Counted from the stretch's first letter, positions 19,436-29,728 are shown. The stretch is DNA of 64,000 nucleotides from an uncultured Collinsella sp. (GCA_900550515.1 URSP01000001.1:3736-67735), one strand, 5' to 3'. Numbers and translations: made by a program. Notes: generated from the letters alone by a model not told the origin.

Positions 19436-20476
19436 TTACAGTTCGACGAGCTGGCCGGTCTCGGCGGCCTCCTTGATGGCGTTGAGAAGCGTGAGCGTCT
19501 TGACGTTGTCGGCGGGGGTTACGACGGGCTCGACCTCGCGGCGGACAACCTTCACAAAGTGCTTGAGCTGCATCTTGTGTGGCAGTGCCGGGTCGACAGC
19601 CGGAATCTCCATCTGCAGCGGCTTGTGCCAGTTGGAGGCGCCGTCGTAGGAGAACTGGTGCAGGCGGGGCAGCGAAAGGGCGCCCAGGGTTCCGCCGATA
19701 AAGTAGGCGTCGGCGTCGAAGGGGCGGTACTGCGGATCCTCGCGAGCGGTGGCCTCCCAGTTCCAGGGGCTGGCGGTGGCGTCGGAGATGGTCATGCTTG
19801 CGAGCGCGCCATCGGCAAAACGGACGTTGACCACGGCGGAGTCCTCGGTCTCAAAACCGCGGGCGGCGCTGGACTGCATGCCCTGGACGGCAACGGGCTC
19901 GCCCAGCAGGTAACGGAGCAGGTCGACGTCGTGCACCAGGTTGACCAGGATCGGGCCGGCACCCTTCTTGCGACGCCACTCGACATCAAAGTACTCGTCG
20001 TTCTTATAGATCATATAGTGGAAGCTCGACACGGTGAGCTTGCCCAGCTCGCCGGACTCGATGATCTCCTTGGCCTTGTTGACGAAGGGGTTGTGGCGAC
20101 GGTGCTGACCCACGAGCACGGGCACGCCGGCGGTCTCAGCCTCGGCGGCGAAGGCCTGGGCATCCTCGAGATCGTTGGAGATCGGCTTTTCGACCAGCGG
20201 CACGATATTGCGCTTCACAGCCTCGCGGGCAACGCCCAGGTGCAGGTCGTTGGGGGTGGCGATAATGACGGCCTCGGGCTTGACCTCGTCCATCATCTGG
20301 GCGGGATCGGTGTAAAACGGCACGCCGGCGGCCTCGGCCGTGGCGCGGGCGCCCTCAAAGGCGTCGGCGATGGCGACGAGCTCGGCCTCGGGCTCCTCGG
20401 TGACAAAGCGGATGTGGTTGCGGCCCATGGCGCCGGCGCCGATAACGGCAATGCGGACGGGGTTGAGCTCAGACAT
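19436..20476 (-). CDS. Gfo/Idh/MocA oxidoreductase
   Basis: IGAGAMG, ATPNDLH, VEKP and HDVD motifs. Confidence 0.9.
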   Translation of the reverse strand: MSELNPVRIAVIGAGAMGRNHIRFVTEEPEAELVAIADAFEGARATAEAAGVPFYTDPAQMMDEVKPEAVIIATPNDLHLGVAREAVKRNIVPLVEKPISNDLEDAQAFAAEAETAGVPVLVGQHRRHNPFVNKAKEIIESGELGKLTVSSFHYMIYKNDEYFDVEWRRKKGAGPILVNLVHDVDLLRYLLGEPVAVQGMQSSAARGFETEDSAVVNVRFADGALASMTISDATASPWNWEATAREDPQYRPFDADAYFIGGTLGALSLPRLHQFSYDGASNWHKPLQMEIPAVDPALPHKMQLKHFVKVVRREVEPVVTPADNVKTLTLLNAIKEAAETGQLVEL

Positions 20477-20506
20477 TTCGACTCCTTAATACTGGTGACC
20501 GGTGGA

Positions 20507-20537
20507 ATGCGACAAAGGGGCTGTCCCTTTGTCGCAT
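20507..20537. repeat. REP-like palindrome family C
   Basis: ATGCGACAAAGGGGCTGTCCCTTTGTCGCAT with a compensatory T-A to C-G change. Confidence 0.85.
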
Positions 20538-20545
20538 CGGTATAA

Positions 20546-21802
20546 CTAGGCGGACTTCTTCTTGCTGTCGGAGACCATCATGTAGACGGTGAGCACGACG
20601 GCGATGGCGGCGATCACAATGGCGCCGTAGAAGGACTGCTGATAGGCGGCGCTGCCGGCCTCGGCGTGATACAGCACGGCGGTGATGGGCTGGCTGATCC
20701 AGGTGGAAGCGGCATAGCCCAAAAACATGATGCCGTAGTTGACGCCGATGTTGCTGGTGCCAAAGGCGCCACCGGTGAGCGGCGGGTAGATGACGAGCAG
20801 AGCGCCAAAGCTAAAGCCGAGCAGGGCGAGCGCCACAAAGAACATGCTCTGCGTAAAGCTCATCGACATGATGACGAGTGCGACGATGGTGATGACAAGG
20901 CTGATGAGCAGCGACTTATAGGCGCCGAGCTTGTCGATGATCTGGCCAAAGGACAGGCGGCCAACCAAGTTGGCGCAGGTGTTGACGGAGACCACCACAC
21001 CGCCGAGGGCGACGGCCGCGGCGCTCGTGGGGTCGGCGAAGAGCTGGACGGCGGCGATGGAGGCAACCTTACCCACGAGCAGGGTGCCCGCGGTGGCGGC
21101 AAAGGCGAAGGTGACGATGAGGACCCAGAAGCGCGGGGTCTTGACCATCTCGTCCGGGGTGAGGTCGCCGAAGGTGCCGGCGTGCGCACCGCCCTTGGGG
21201 GCCTCGAAGCCCTCGGGCAGCCAACCGGCCTCGGGGGCCTTCAGGAACAGCGCGGAGGCGGCGATTGTCACAAAGAAGATGACGCCGAGTGCCTTGAGGG
21301 CGCCAAAGATGCCCAAGCTCGGGATGAGCAGCGAGGCGAGCACCGGGGACAGCACGGCGGGGCCGGCGGTCGAAGCGGCCAGAGTGATGCCGGAGGCGAG
21401 ACCCTTCTTGTCGATGAACCACTTTTGGCCGGTGGTGAGCGCCGGGTTGTAGCCCAGGCCGTTGCCGATGGCGGCGACAAGCGAGAACCACAGGTAGAAC
21501 TGCCACGGCTCGGTGACGGTGCCGGACATGAACCAGCCCAGGCCGTAGCACGCGGCGGCGGCGATCACGACGTTGCGCGGGCCGATCTTGTCGGAGATGC
21601 GGCCGGCGAAGATGCCCGTCACGGCCATGATGGTCTGGAAGACGGGAAAAGCCCAGGTAAGGGCGCTCGACCACTCGGGGTAGACGGCGAGCAGGTTCTT
21701 GCTCACGACGGAATACAGCGCGATGGAGCTGATAAAGAACATGGTGACGCACGCGGCGGAAAGCACGACGGCGCGACCCTTGTTGGAGTTGGTGGAAGCC
21801 AT
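20546..21802 (-). CDS. MFS transporter (OFA family)
   Basis: About 12 TM helices; GRISDKIGPR, KWFIDKKGLASG and GVNYG motifs. Confidence 0.85.
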   Translation of the reverse strand: MASTNSNKGRAVVLSAACVTMFFISSIALYSVVSKNLLAVYPEWSSALTWAFPVFQTIMAVTGIFAGRISDKIGPRNVVIAAAACYGLGWFMSGTVTEPWQFYLWFSLVAAIGNGLGYNPALTTGQKWFIDKKGLASGITLAASTAGPAVLSPVLASLLIPSLGIFGALKALGVIFFVTIAASALFLKAPEAGWLPEGFEAPKGGAHAGTFGDLTPDEMVKTPRFWVLIVTFAFAATAGTLLVGKVASIAAVQLFADPTSAAAVALGGVVVSVNTCANLVGRLSFGQIIDKLGAYKSLLISLVITIVALVIMSMSFTQSMFFVALALLGFSFGALLVIYPPLTGGAFGTSNIGVNYGIMFLGYAASTWISQPITAVLYHAEAGSAAYQQSFYGAIVIAAIAVVLTVYMMVSDSKKKSA

Positions 21803-21868
21803 TGGACTCTTTCTAATCGATACGGGGGAGGAGCGGTCGTGTCCGCGGGTCCTCCCTGTCAGGTTGGT

Positions 21869-22750
21869 TTACTGGTCGGTCGGCTTGGCGACGCCTGACT
21901 CATCGGACCAGAGCTCGACACCCTTGTTCTTAAGGTAGTTGTCGGCATAGGCGCGACGGCCGCCGGGCTTGGCGGTGAGGTCGCCCATCATGTTGGAGAA
22001 GCCACCGTCGACTTTGATGGCGTCGCCGGTGGTAAAGTCCGAGCGTTTGGACGCCAGGAACATGACGGCGTTGGCGATATCGCTGACCTCGCCGATGCGA
22101 CGCGTGGCGATCAGGCGGCTGCGGCTCTTTTCGACCTCGGGGTCGGCGTAAAAGCTTGCCGACATCGGGGTCTTAACGAAGCAGGGCTCGACGCAGTTGG
22201 AGCGCACGCCGTAGGGGCCCCACTCGGCAGCCAGCATCTTGGACATCATGTTGACGCCGGCCTTGGTAGAGCTGTACACGCCCGAGAACGTCTCGGGGGA
22301 GTGGCTGGCGACGGTCGAGATATGCACTAGGCGGCCCTGACCGGCCTTGATCATCTCGCGACCAAAGCGCTGCGAGGTGATGAAGTAGCCGGTGAGGTTG
22401 ACGTTGATGACCTCGTTCCAGTCGGAGAGCGGCAGGTCTTCCATAGCTGCGAAGCGCAGGATGCCGGCGGTGTTGACGAGAACGTCGACGCGGCCGAAGT
22501 CGGCGATGGTGGCGTCGACGGCTGCCTGAACCTCGGCCTCGTCGGTGGCGTTCATCTTGTAGCCCTCGGCGTGGATGCCAAACTCGGCGGCGAGGTCGGC
22601 GGCTGCGGCCTTGACCTTTTCCTCGTCCAGATCGAGCAGGACGACGCTGGCGCCGTTGCGGGCGAACTCACGGCAAATCTCGACGCCCATACCGCCGAGC
22701 GCGCCAGTCACGGCGCAGACATCGCCCTCGAGCTTAAGCCAATTGCTCAT
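21869..22750 (-). CDS. SDR family oxidoreductase
   Basis: TGALGGMG, NTAG, YSSTK and VDGG motifs. Confidence 0.9.
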   Translation of the reverse strand: MSNWLKLEGDVCAVTGALGGMGVEICREFARNGASVVLLDLDEEKVKAAAADLAAEFGIHAEGYKMNATDEAEVQAAVDATIADFGRVDVLVNTAGILRFAAMEDLPLSDWNEVINVNLTGYFITSQRFGREMIKAGQGRLVHISTVASHSPETFSGVYSSTKAGVNMMSKMLAAEWGPYGVRSNCVEPCFVKTPMSASFYADPEVEKSRSRLIATRRIGEVSDIANAVMFLASKRSDFTTGDAIKVDGGFSNMMGDLTAKPGGRRAYADNYLKNKGVELWSDESGVAKPTDQ

Positions 22751-22870
22751 AGGAACTTCCCTTCTTGTGCCTCCCGATGGGTCGCTCCCATTAACCGACC
22801 CACGTGGTTTTCGCTGGTTATCGTATGCTTTGCATTTGCGCAGGTGAATTGCATATTTGTTAGAATGGCG

Positions 22871-22885
22871 TAAACCAATGGTTTA
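22871..22885. promoter_or_regulatory. Putative LysR-type operator
   Basis: Palindrome TAAACCA-A-TGGTTTA in the divergent SDR/LysR intergenic region. Confidence 0.45.
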
Positions 22886-22983
22886 TAGCTCGCAAGACGA
22901 TGTGTCCTTAATTGAGTGTGTGACCTGCCAAAACGATCCCCTTTGGCAGTTCGTTGCCATACGTCTGGAAACAGGAGATTGAC

Positions 22984-23862
22984 GTGTACGATCGACGACT
23001 TGAGGCCATATCGGCCGCCGCGGAGCTGGGAAGCTTCTCTCGGGCGGCGGCAGAATTGCGCGTTTCGACCCCGGCGCTCGTCAAGCAGGTGTCGGGTTTC
23101 GAGGCCGAGTTCGGCATCACGCTGTTCAAACGCTCGCACTCGGGCGTCAAGGTGACGCCGGCGGGCGCTCTGCTGGTGGATGACGCGCGCTCGATCATGC
23201 GGCAGTCCGAGGACGCGCTGCGCCGTGCCCGACGCGCGGCTGGCGATGGTGGTGCCGTGCGCCTAGGCGTGTCGATGATGTGCCCGGGGCGCCAAACGCT
23301 GTCGATGTGGTCGGGCATCCACGATCTGGAACCGTCGCTGCGATTTGAGATCGTGCCGGTAAGCGACCTCTATGACGAGCGCGAATCCGTCATGCGCAGC
23401 TTGGGCCGCGAGGTCGATGTGGTGCAGTCGAGTTTTTCGACCCCACGCTGGGGCGACGCCTGCCAAAAGCTCCGTATCGTCAACGTGCCGTTTTATATCG
23501 ACCTGCCGCGCACGAGCCCGCTGGCGCGCAAGAATCGCATCACGGTTGCCGACCTGGAGGGTATGCGTCTGCGCGTACTACGCCACGGCAACGACGTCAT
23601 GGATAGCCTACGCATCGATCTTTTGGCAGACGGCGGCGTGGACGTGATCGACGTGGACAGCTTTGATTTTGCGCTCTTTAACGAGGCGGAGGAAAAGGGC
23701 GACGCGGTGCTCACCTGCGGAGCGTGGTCGGGGGTGCATCCGGCCTTTGTAGGCGTGCCGTTCCTGTGCGGCCGCGAGGTGCCCGTCTTTCTGCACTACC
23801 CGCTCGAGCCCACCCTCCAAGTCCAAAAATTCGTCAACGCCATGGCCCAACTCCTCAACTAG
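22984..23862 (+). CDS. LysR family transcriptional regulator
   Basis: GSFSRAAAEL.VS.PAL..Q...FE...GITLFKR.....TPAG HTH. Confidence 0.9.
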   Translation: MYDRRLEAISAAAELGSFSRAAAELRVSTPALVKQVSGFEAEFGITLFKRSHSGVKVTPAGALLVDDARSIMRQSEDALRRARRAAGDGGAVRLGVSMMCPGRQTLSMWSGIHDLEPSLRFEIVPVSDLYDERESVMRSLGREVDVVQSSFSTPRWGDACQKLRIVNVPFYIDLPRTSPLARKNRITVADLEGMRLRVLRHGNDVMDSLRIDLLADGGVDVIDVDSFDFALFNEAEEKGDAVLTCGAWSGVHPAFVGVPFLCGREVPVFLHYPLEPTLQVQKFVNAMAQLLN

Positions 23863-23878
23863 CTCATTTGGGACGGGT

Positions 23879-24970
23879 TTAGCGGTCCTCGCGTTGCGGG
23901 TCGGCTGTCTCGGCTGCCTTTACGCGGTTCTTATCGACGTACATGTTTTTGTCGGCCTGAGAAAAGAGCTCACGCATCGTAGGCGGTTCATCAAAATCAC
24001 TGGAAAGCGCATAGCCCACCGCATAGCTGATAGGCATGTCGGGATGAGTCTCGGAATACTCGTTCACGTTCGCGCGAACCCGAGCGAGACAGGACTCCAC
24101 GGCAGCTCGATCGGTATCTCGCAGCACCGCGATAAACTCATCGCCGCCGTCGCGGCCCACAAAGCAGGTCTCCGACACCACGCGCCCCAGCTGCTGGGCA
24201 AAAGAACGGATGTATTCGTCGTCCTTCTCGTGGCCGAAGCTGTTATTGACCGTATGCAGATTGTTAAGGTCGAAGACGCACACCGCAACGGGCGCCTCCG
24301 CGGAGACAGGCTGCTCCTGCCCCAAGACCTCCTCGCACTTGTTCTTGTTGGGCAGTCCTGTGGCTTCGTCGAGATAGACTTTGTTCTGCAGTTCGCGATT
24401 GAGCGCGGCAGTTCGCACCGCGCGAACAAGTTCGACCGCAAAGGTCGCCACCAAGCCCATGATGTCGATGATCACCAGGCCCTCGAGATAGTTGAGCGCC
24501 GACGCCTTCTCCTGAGAGTAGTCCTCTGCGAGTCGCGTAGCATCGTCGCAAATGCCAAAGAACTCCTCGCTCATGGAGATGATGTCGGTGTTCTCATAGC
24601 CGACTTCGCGCACGCGGCTGATCTCGGCGCAAAGCTCATCATAATAATTTGCAAGCTCGGTCATTTTTACCTGATACTCATCGTCGTCGAGACGGACGAG
24701 GTTGAGGTCGTCACTTCCGTAACGCAAACCGTTAATGTATGAATCCACGGCTTTGAGCAGGTCATCTTGAGGCTGGCCCGCATCCTCGAGCTTAACGATT
24801 CGCTGCGTGGTACCGCGCACCAGACCGGCGTAGTTGACCACACGCGCCGTGCCCTGGATATCGGAGACGAGCAGCATAACATTGATGAAGAAGAAGATGA
24901 GAACTGCCGTGAGCACCATCATGAGCAGGCGCACCGCCTGGCCGGCCTTCTTGGCGACAGAAGTATTCAC
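23879..24970 (-). CDS. Membrane-anchored GGDEF-domain protein
   Basis: Two TM segments around a sensor region (VNYAGLVRG); DEATGLPN, GRDGGDEF and ADKNMY. Confidence 0.85.
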   Translation of the reverse strand: MNTSVAKKAGQAVRLLMMVLTAVLIFFFINVMLLVSDIQGTARVVNYAGLVRGTTQRIVKLEDAGQPQDDLLKAVDSYINGLRYGSDDLNLVRLDDDEYQVKMTELANYYDELCAEISRVREVGYENTDIISMSEEFFGICDDATRLAEDYSQEKASALNYLEGLVIIDIMGLVATFAVELVRAVRTAALNRELQNKVYLDEATGLPNKNKCEEVLGQEQPVSAEAPVAVCVFDLNNLHTVNNSFGHEKDDEYIRSFAQQLGRVVSETCFVGRDGGDEFIAVLRDTDRAAVESCLARVRANVNEYSETHPDMPISYAVGYALSSDFDEPPTMRELFSQADKNMYVDKNRVKAAETADPQREDR

Positions 24971-25160
24971 AAGTTCACTCCCCTAAATGACAAAAGAACA
25001 GGTAGCACGCAGTGTGCTGAAATTCATGGGTGGTTAACTCTACCATATGGGCCAGCAGCCTCAAACTGCAGCAGACGCTCGTCCAAATTGGCGTGACGCT
25101 TGCCTTGTTGTTCTTGACCTGGCCGCGCTATCGGACATGCTTCTGGTCTTGGATCACCAT

Positions 25161-25331
25161 GGGAAAGCTCATCCCGTTTTGTGCGTCTAGAGTGGGATGC
25201 GGTTTCCCAAAGGTGCCGTTAGGGGAAACCACATCCCGGTTTATGCCCTTGAAATGGGATGTCGTTTCCCGGAGGGGGCCCAGCGGGAAACGGCATCCCA
25301 TTCTGGGCCCGAAAAGTGGGATACGGTTTCC
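25161..25331. repeat. Three tandem 62-bp hairpin units (BIME-like array)
   Basis: GGGAAAN4ATCCC at 25161, 25223 and 25285; GGGATN4TTTCC(C) at 25194, 25256 and 25318. Confidence 0.85.
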
Positions 25332-25342
25332 GGCCGGCATGA

Positions 25343-25378
25343 AAAAGCCTCCGCAGCTCGTGTGGCTGCGGAGGCTTT
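25343..25378 (-). terminator. Intrinsic terminator downstream of the ABC operon
   Basis: AAAAGCCTCCGCAGC...GCTGCGGAGGCTTT hairpin. Confidence 0.7.
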
Positions 25379-25502
25379 ATTCGTTGCGGCGCATTGTGTT
25401 TGGGTCGCTGAGATGAGTCGATTTGCCCCGAAAGAGGAGGGCATTGACCTTAGGGTCATGCCCGACGAATGAGCGGCAAATCGGCCATCTCGGCGAGCCG
25501 AA

Positions 25503-27422
25503 CTACTCCAGCTCAAACGCTCCGGTATAGAGCTGGTAGTAATACCCGCGCTTGGCAATCAGCTCGTCGTGGTTGCCGCGCTCGATGATGCGGCCGTGAT
25601 CCAGACAGATGATCGCGTCGGAGTTGCGCACGGTGGACAGGCGGTGCGCGATGACAAACGTCGTGCGGCCTTCCATGAGCTTGTCCATGCCGGCTTGCAC
25701 GATGGCCTCGGTGCGGGTATCGATGCTCGACGTGGCCTCGTCCAGGATCATCGCCGGCGGATCGGCGACGGCGGCGCGTGCGATCGAGATCAGCTGGCGC
25801 TGGCCCTGCGACAGCTGTGCGCCGTTGCCGGTGAGCATGGTGTCGTAGCCGTCGGGCAGGCGGGTGATAAAGTCGTCCGCGCCCGCGAGCTTGGCCGCCG
25901 CGATGCACTCCTCGTCGGTAGCGTCCAGATTGCCGTAGCGGATGTTATCCATCACGGTGCCGGTGAACAGGTTCACGTCCTGTAGCACGACGCCCAGCGA
26001 GCGGCGCAGGTCGGCCTTGCGGATCTTGTTGACGTTGATGCCGTCGTAGCGGATCTTGCCGTCGGCGATGTCGTAGAAGCGGTTGATGAGGTTGGTGATG
26101 GTCGTCTTACCGGCACCGGTGGCGCCGACAAACGCGACCTTCTGGCCCGGCTTGGCAAACACGGACACGCCGTGCAGCACCTCGTGGTCGGGCGTGTAGC
26201 CAAAGTCGACGTTGTCCATGACCAGGTCGCCACGCAGCGGCACGTACTCGATCTCGCCGGTTGCGCGGTGCGGATGTTTCCACGCCCACATGCCAGTGTG
26301 GTGGTCGGCCTCCTCGAGCTGCCAGGTATCGGGGTTCACCTGAGCGTTGACAAGCGTCACATAGCCTTCGTCGGCTTCGGGCTCCTCGTCGATGAGCTCA
26401 AAGATACGGTCGGCGCCGGCGAGGCCCATGACCACGGCGTTGATCTGCTGCGAGATCTGGCCGATCTGTCCACAGAACTGCTTGGTCATGTTGAGGAACG
26501 GCACCACGACGGCGATGGACAGCGCCATGCCCGAGATGCTCAGGTTGGGCACGCCCAGCGCTAGGAAAATGCCGCCGGCCAGTGCGACCAGCACGTAGAG
26601 CAGGTTGCCCAGGTTCATAAGGATGGGCATGAGGATGTTGGCGTACATGTTGGCCTTCTGCGAGACCTCGAAGAGCTTTTCGTTGCGCTCGTCAAAATCG
26701 GCTTCGGCGGCAGACTCGTGGCAGAATGCCTTGACGACCTTCTGGCCGTTCATGACTTCCTCGATATGGCCCTCGACAACGCCGAGCTCGGTCTGCTGCG
26801 CAATAAAGAAGCGCGCGGAGTTGGAGCCGAGCAGCTTGGTCATAAAGGTCATAAAGGCGACGCCGGCAATAATGACCAAGCACATCCACACGCTGTAGTA
26901 CAGCATGATAAAGAACACCGTGACGATGACGATGACCGTCATGAGCAGGTTGGGCAGCGACTGGCTGATCATCTGGCGCAGCGTGTCGATGTCATTGGTG
27001 TAGTGGCTCATGATGTCGCCGCGCTGGTGCGTGTCGAAGTAGCGGATCGGCAGGTCCTGCATGCGGTTGAACATCTTCTCGCGCAGCTTCTCCAGCGAGC
27101 CCTGCGTGACGATGGCCATGGCGCGGTTCCAGAAGAGCGAGGACAGGATGCCGATGCCGTAGATGCAGGCGAGGGTGGTCACGAGCTGTGCGATCTTGGG
27201 CTGCGCGGCTCCCCAATCGCCCGACTGCCACGATTCGCTAATAATCTGCAGGGCGCTCTGAAGGAAGGTCGCGCCGATGGAGTTGATGATGGCGCAGAGC
27301 ACCACGCCGGCGACGACGAGGGGCAAAAGCACGGGGTAAAAGCCAAAGAGCGTCTTGATGAGGCGCGACATGGTGCCGCCCTTGCGGTTGAGCGCGCGCT
27401 CGGCGGTCGTTGCCTTACTCAT
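25503..27422 (-). CDS. ABC exporter, TMD+NBD subunit
   Basis: GATGAGKT, LSQGQRQ and ILDEATS. Confidence 0.95.
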   Translation of the reverse strand: MSKATTAERALNRKGGTMSRLIKTLFGFYPVLLPLVVAGVVLCAIINSIGATFLQSALQIISESWQSGDWGAAQPKIAQLVTTLACIYGIGILSSLFWNRAMAIVTQGSLEKLREKMFNRMQDLPIRYFDTHQRGDIMSHYTNDIDTLRQMISQSLPNLLMTVIVIVTVFFIMLYYSVWMCLVIIAGVAFMTFMTKLLGSNSARFFIAQQTELGVVEGHIEEVMNGQKVVKAFCHESAAEADFDERNEKLFEVSQKANMYANILMPILMNLGNLLYVLVALAGGIFLALGVPNLSISGMALSIAVVVPFLNMTKQFCGQIGQISQQINAVVMGLAGADRIFELIDEEPEADEGYVTLVNAQVNPDTWQLEEADHHTGMWAWKHPHRATGEIEYVPLRGDLVMDNVDFGYTPDHEVLHGVSVFAKPGQKVAFVGATGAGKTTITNLINRFYDIADGKIRYDGINVNKIRKADLRRSLGVVLQDVNLFTGTVMDNIRYGNLDATDEECIAAAKLAGADDFITRLPDGYDTMLTGNGAQLSQGQRQLISIARAAVADPPAMILDEATSSIDTRTEAIVQAGMDKLMEGRTTFVIAHRLSTVRNSDAIICLDHGRIIERGNHDELIAKRGYYYQLYTGAFELE

Positions 27423-29229
27423 GTGCCTCGCCTCCTTCCTGGGTCTGAGCTTGCGTTACGGATGCCTCGGTGTCGGCCTCGACGGCCTCTTCGCCCTCGG
27501 CAGACATCTTGTTCTGCGAGGTAAAGGTCTCGCGGTAGATCTCGCTCGTCTTGAGCAGCTCGTCGTGGTTACCGATCTGCGCGATGCGGCCGCCCTCCAT
27601 GACGATGATGCGGTCTGCGTCCTGCACGGAGCTAATGCGCTGGGCGATGATGAGCTTGGTCGTGTTGGGCAGATAGCTTGCCAGCCCTGCGCGAATCTTG
27701 GCGTCGGTCTTGGTGTCGACGGCGCTCGTGGAGTCGTCCAGGATCAAGATCTTGGGGCGACGCAGCAGGGCACGCGCAATGCACAGGCGCTGCTTCTGAC
27801 CGCCGGAAACATTGGAGCCGCCCTGTTCGATCCAGGTGTCATAGCCCTTGGGGAAGCCGTCGACAAACTCGTCGGCGCAGGCCAGATGCGCGGCCTCGCG
27901 GACCTCTTCGTCGGTGGCGTTCGGGTCGCCCCAACGCAGGTTCTCGGCAATCGTGCCGCTAAACAGCACGTTTTTCTGCAGCACCATGGCCACCTGGTGG
28001 CGCAGGGCGTCCAAGTCGTAGTCGCGTACATCCACGCCGCCCACGCGCACGGTACCCTCGGTGGCGTCGTACAGGCGGGCGATGAGGTTTACGAGCGTGG
28101 ACTTGGCCGAGCCGGTGCCGCCGATGATGCCGATGGTCTCGCCGCTCTTAATGTGCAGGTCGATATCGTCGAGCGCCTGGCGCTTCGCATGCGCGGAATA
28201 CTTAAAGCTCACGTGGTCAAAGTCGATGGAGCCATCGGCGACCTCGAGCACGGGCTCGGCGGGATCGGCGATCGTGGGCTCGGCGGCCAGCACCTCGGTG
28301 ATGCGGTGCGCCGATTCGTCGGCCATGGTCACCATGACAAAGATCATCGATAGCTGCATCAGGCTCATGAGGATTTGGAAGCCATAGGTAAAGATCGAGG
28401 AGAGCTGGCCCACGTCGAACAGCGTGCCCTGGCTCGTGATGATGAGCTTGGAGCCCAGGTAGATGATGACGACAAACGCGCCGTTGACGCAGATGTTCAT
28501 CATGGGGTTGTTAAAGGCAAGCAGCTTCTCGGCGCGGGTGAAGTCCATCTGGACGTCGCGTGCGGCGGTCGCGAACTTCTCCTTCTCAAAGTCTTCGCGC
28601 ACATAGCTCTTGACCACGCGCATGCCGGTGACGTTTTCCTCGACGGACTCGTTAAGGGCGTCGTACTTGTGGAACACGCGCGAGAAGATGGGACGCACCT
28701 TAAAGATGATAAAGAACAGCCCAAAGCCCAGCAGCGGAATGATGACCAGGTAGACCATGGCGACGCTGCCGCCCATGATAAATGCCATGGTAAAGGCGAA
28801 GATCAATACCAGCGGCGCGCGCACGGCGATACGGATGATCATCATAAAGGCCTGCTGCACGTTGTTGATATCGGTGGTCAGGCGCGTGACGAGCGAGGAG
28901 CTCGAGAACTCATCGATGTTGGCAAAGCTGAACGTCTGGATCTTGTAGAACAGGTCGTGACGCAGGTTCTTAGCGAAGCCGCAACTCGCATGGCTGCAGG
29001 TGACGCCGGCAGCGGCGCCAAAAGCAAGCGACGTCAGCGCGATGAGCACCAAAAAGCCCGCGGTGGGAAGCATTTCGGCTACGGTGGCGCCGTCTTTGAT
29101 GGCGTCGATCAGGTTGGCAGTGATAAATGGAATCAGCATCTCGCAGAGCACCTCGCCAAGCACGAGCAATGGCGTGGCAACAGTGACTTTCATATAGTCG
29201 CGGATGCTGCCCATGAGGGTTTTAATCAT
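27415..29229 (-). CDS. ABC exporter, TMD+NBD subunit (degenerate-site partner)
   Basis: GGTGSAKS, SGGQKQR and ILDDSTS (Asp in place of the catalytic Glu, typical of heterodimeric exporters). Confidence 0.95.
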   Translation of the reverse strand: MIKTLMGSIRDYMKVTVATPLLVLGEVLCEMLIPFITANLIDAIKDGATVAEMLPTAGFLVLIALTSLAFGAAAGVTCSHASCGFAKNLRHDLFYKIQTFSFANIDEFSSSSLVTRLTTDINNVQQAFMMIIRIAVRAPLVLIFAFTMAFIMGGSVAMVYLVIIPLLGFGLFFIIFKVRPIFSRVFHKYDALNESVEENVTGMRVVKSYVREDFEKEKFATAARDVQMDFTRAEKLLAFNNPMMNICVNGAFVVIIYLGSKLIITSQGTLFDVGQLSSIFTYGFQILMSLMQLSMIFVMVTMADESAHRITEVLAAEPTIADPAEPVLEVADGSIDFDHVSFKYSAHAKRQALDDIDLHIKSGETIGIIGGTGSAKSTLVNLIARLYDATEGTVRVGGVDVRDYDLDALRHQVAMVLQKNVLFSGTIAENLRWGDPNATDEEVREAAHLACADEFVDGFPKGYDTWIEQGGSNVSGGQKQRLCIARALLRRPKILILDDSTSAVDTKTDAKIRAGLASYLPNTTKLIIAQRISSVQDADRIIVMEGGRIAQIGNHDELLKTSEIYRETFTSQNKMSAEGEEAVEADTEASVTQAQTQEGGEAHE

Positions 29230-29728
29230 CCAGTTCCTCCCAGGTTACACGGATTTTATCGAGCATTTCGGCGAGGTCCTCGCGCTCGTCGTGGGTGAGC
29301 GCGCTAAAGGCCTGCTCTCTAAAGCGAATGCGGGCTGCCTGGTCGATGCGGGCGTTTTCCCGGCCGGTTTCGGTCAGGCGAATGGTGAGCTGCCGTCGAT
29401 CCTTGGGGTTACGGCTGCGCTCGATGAGGCCGTTGAGCTCGAGCTTGGACAGGATCTCGGAAAGCGACCCCGGCTTGAGGTCAAAGTGCATGCCGAGTTC
29501 CTGCTGCGACATCTCGCCGCCGGGTTGCTTGGCCAGCAGGCAGATGATGGGCGCCTTGCCGGACACGCCTCCGCCATGAAAATGCATGTAATGGCCGCAA
29601 AACCCAAGCCCATTGAGGATTCGCTTGGCAAGCTTGTCTTCTGAGCTAACCGCTTCGTGTGCATCCGCCGGCTGTGACGGGTCGCCGCCGGGCTCGTGCG
29701 AACAAAGGTTAAGAGGTTCATCGCACAT
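29222..29728 (-). CDS. MarR family regulator
   Basis: SQQEL...LSEILSKLE.NGLIER...DRR....LTETG. Confidence 0.9.
   Translation of the reverse strand: MCDEPLNLCSHEPGGDPSQPADAHEAVSSEDKLAKRILNGLGFCGHYMHFHGGGVSGKAPIICLLAKQPGGEMSQQELGMHFDLKPGSLSEILSKLELNGLIERSRNPKDRRQLTIRLTETGRENARIDQAARIRFREQAFSALTHDEREDLAEMLDKIRVTWEELDD

Noticed and set aside
25161..25331. Possible CRISPR array
   Set aside because: Boxes alternate in orientation, are short and non-identical, spacers are only 14-18 nt, and there are no cas genes. Kept as a repeat array.
27715..27760. Inactivated ABC ATPase (DD instead of DE)
   Set aside because: Normal degenerate site of heterodimeric ABC exporters.
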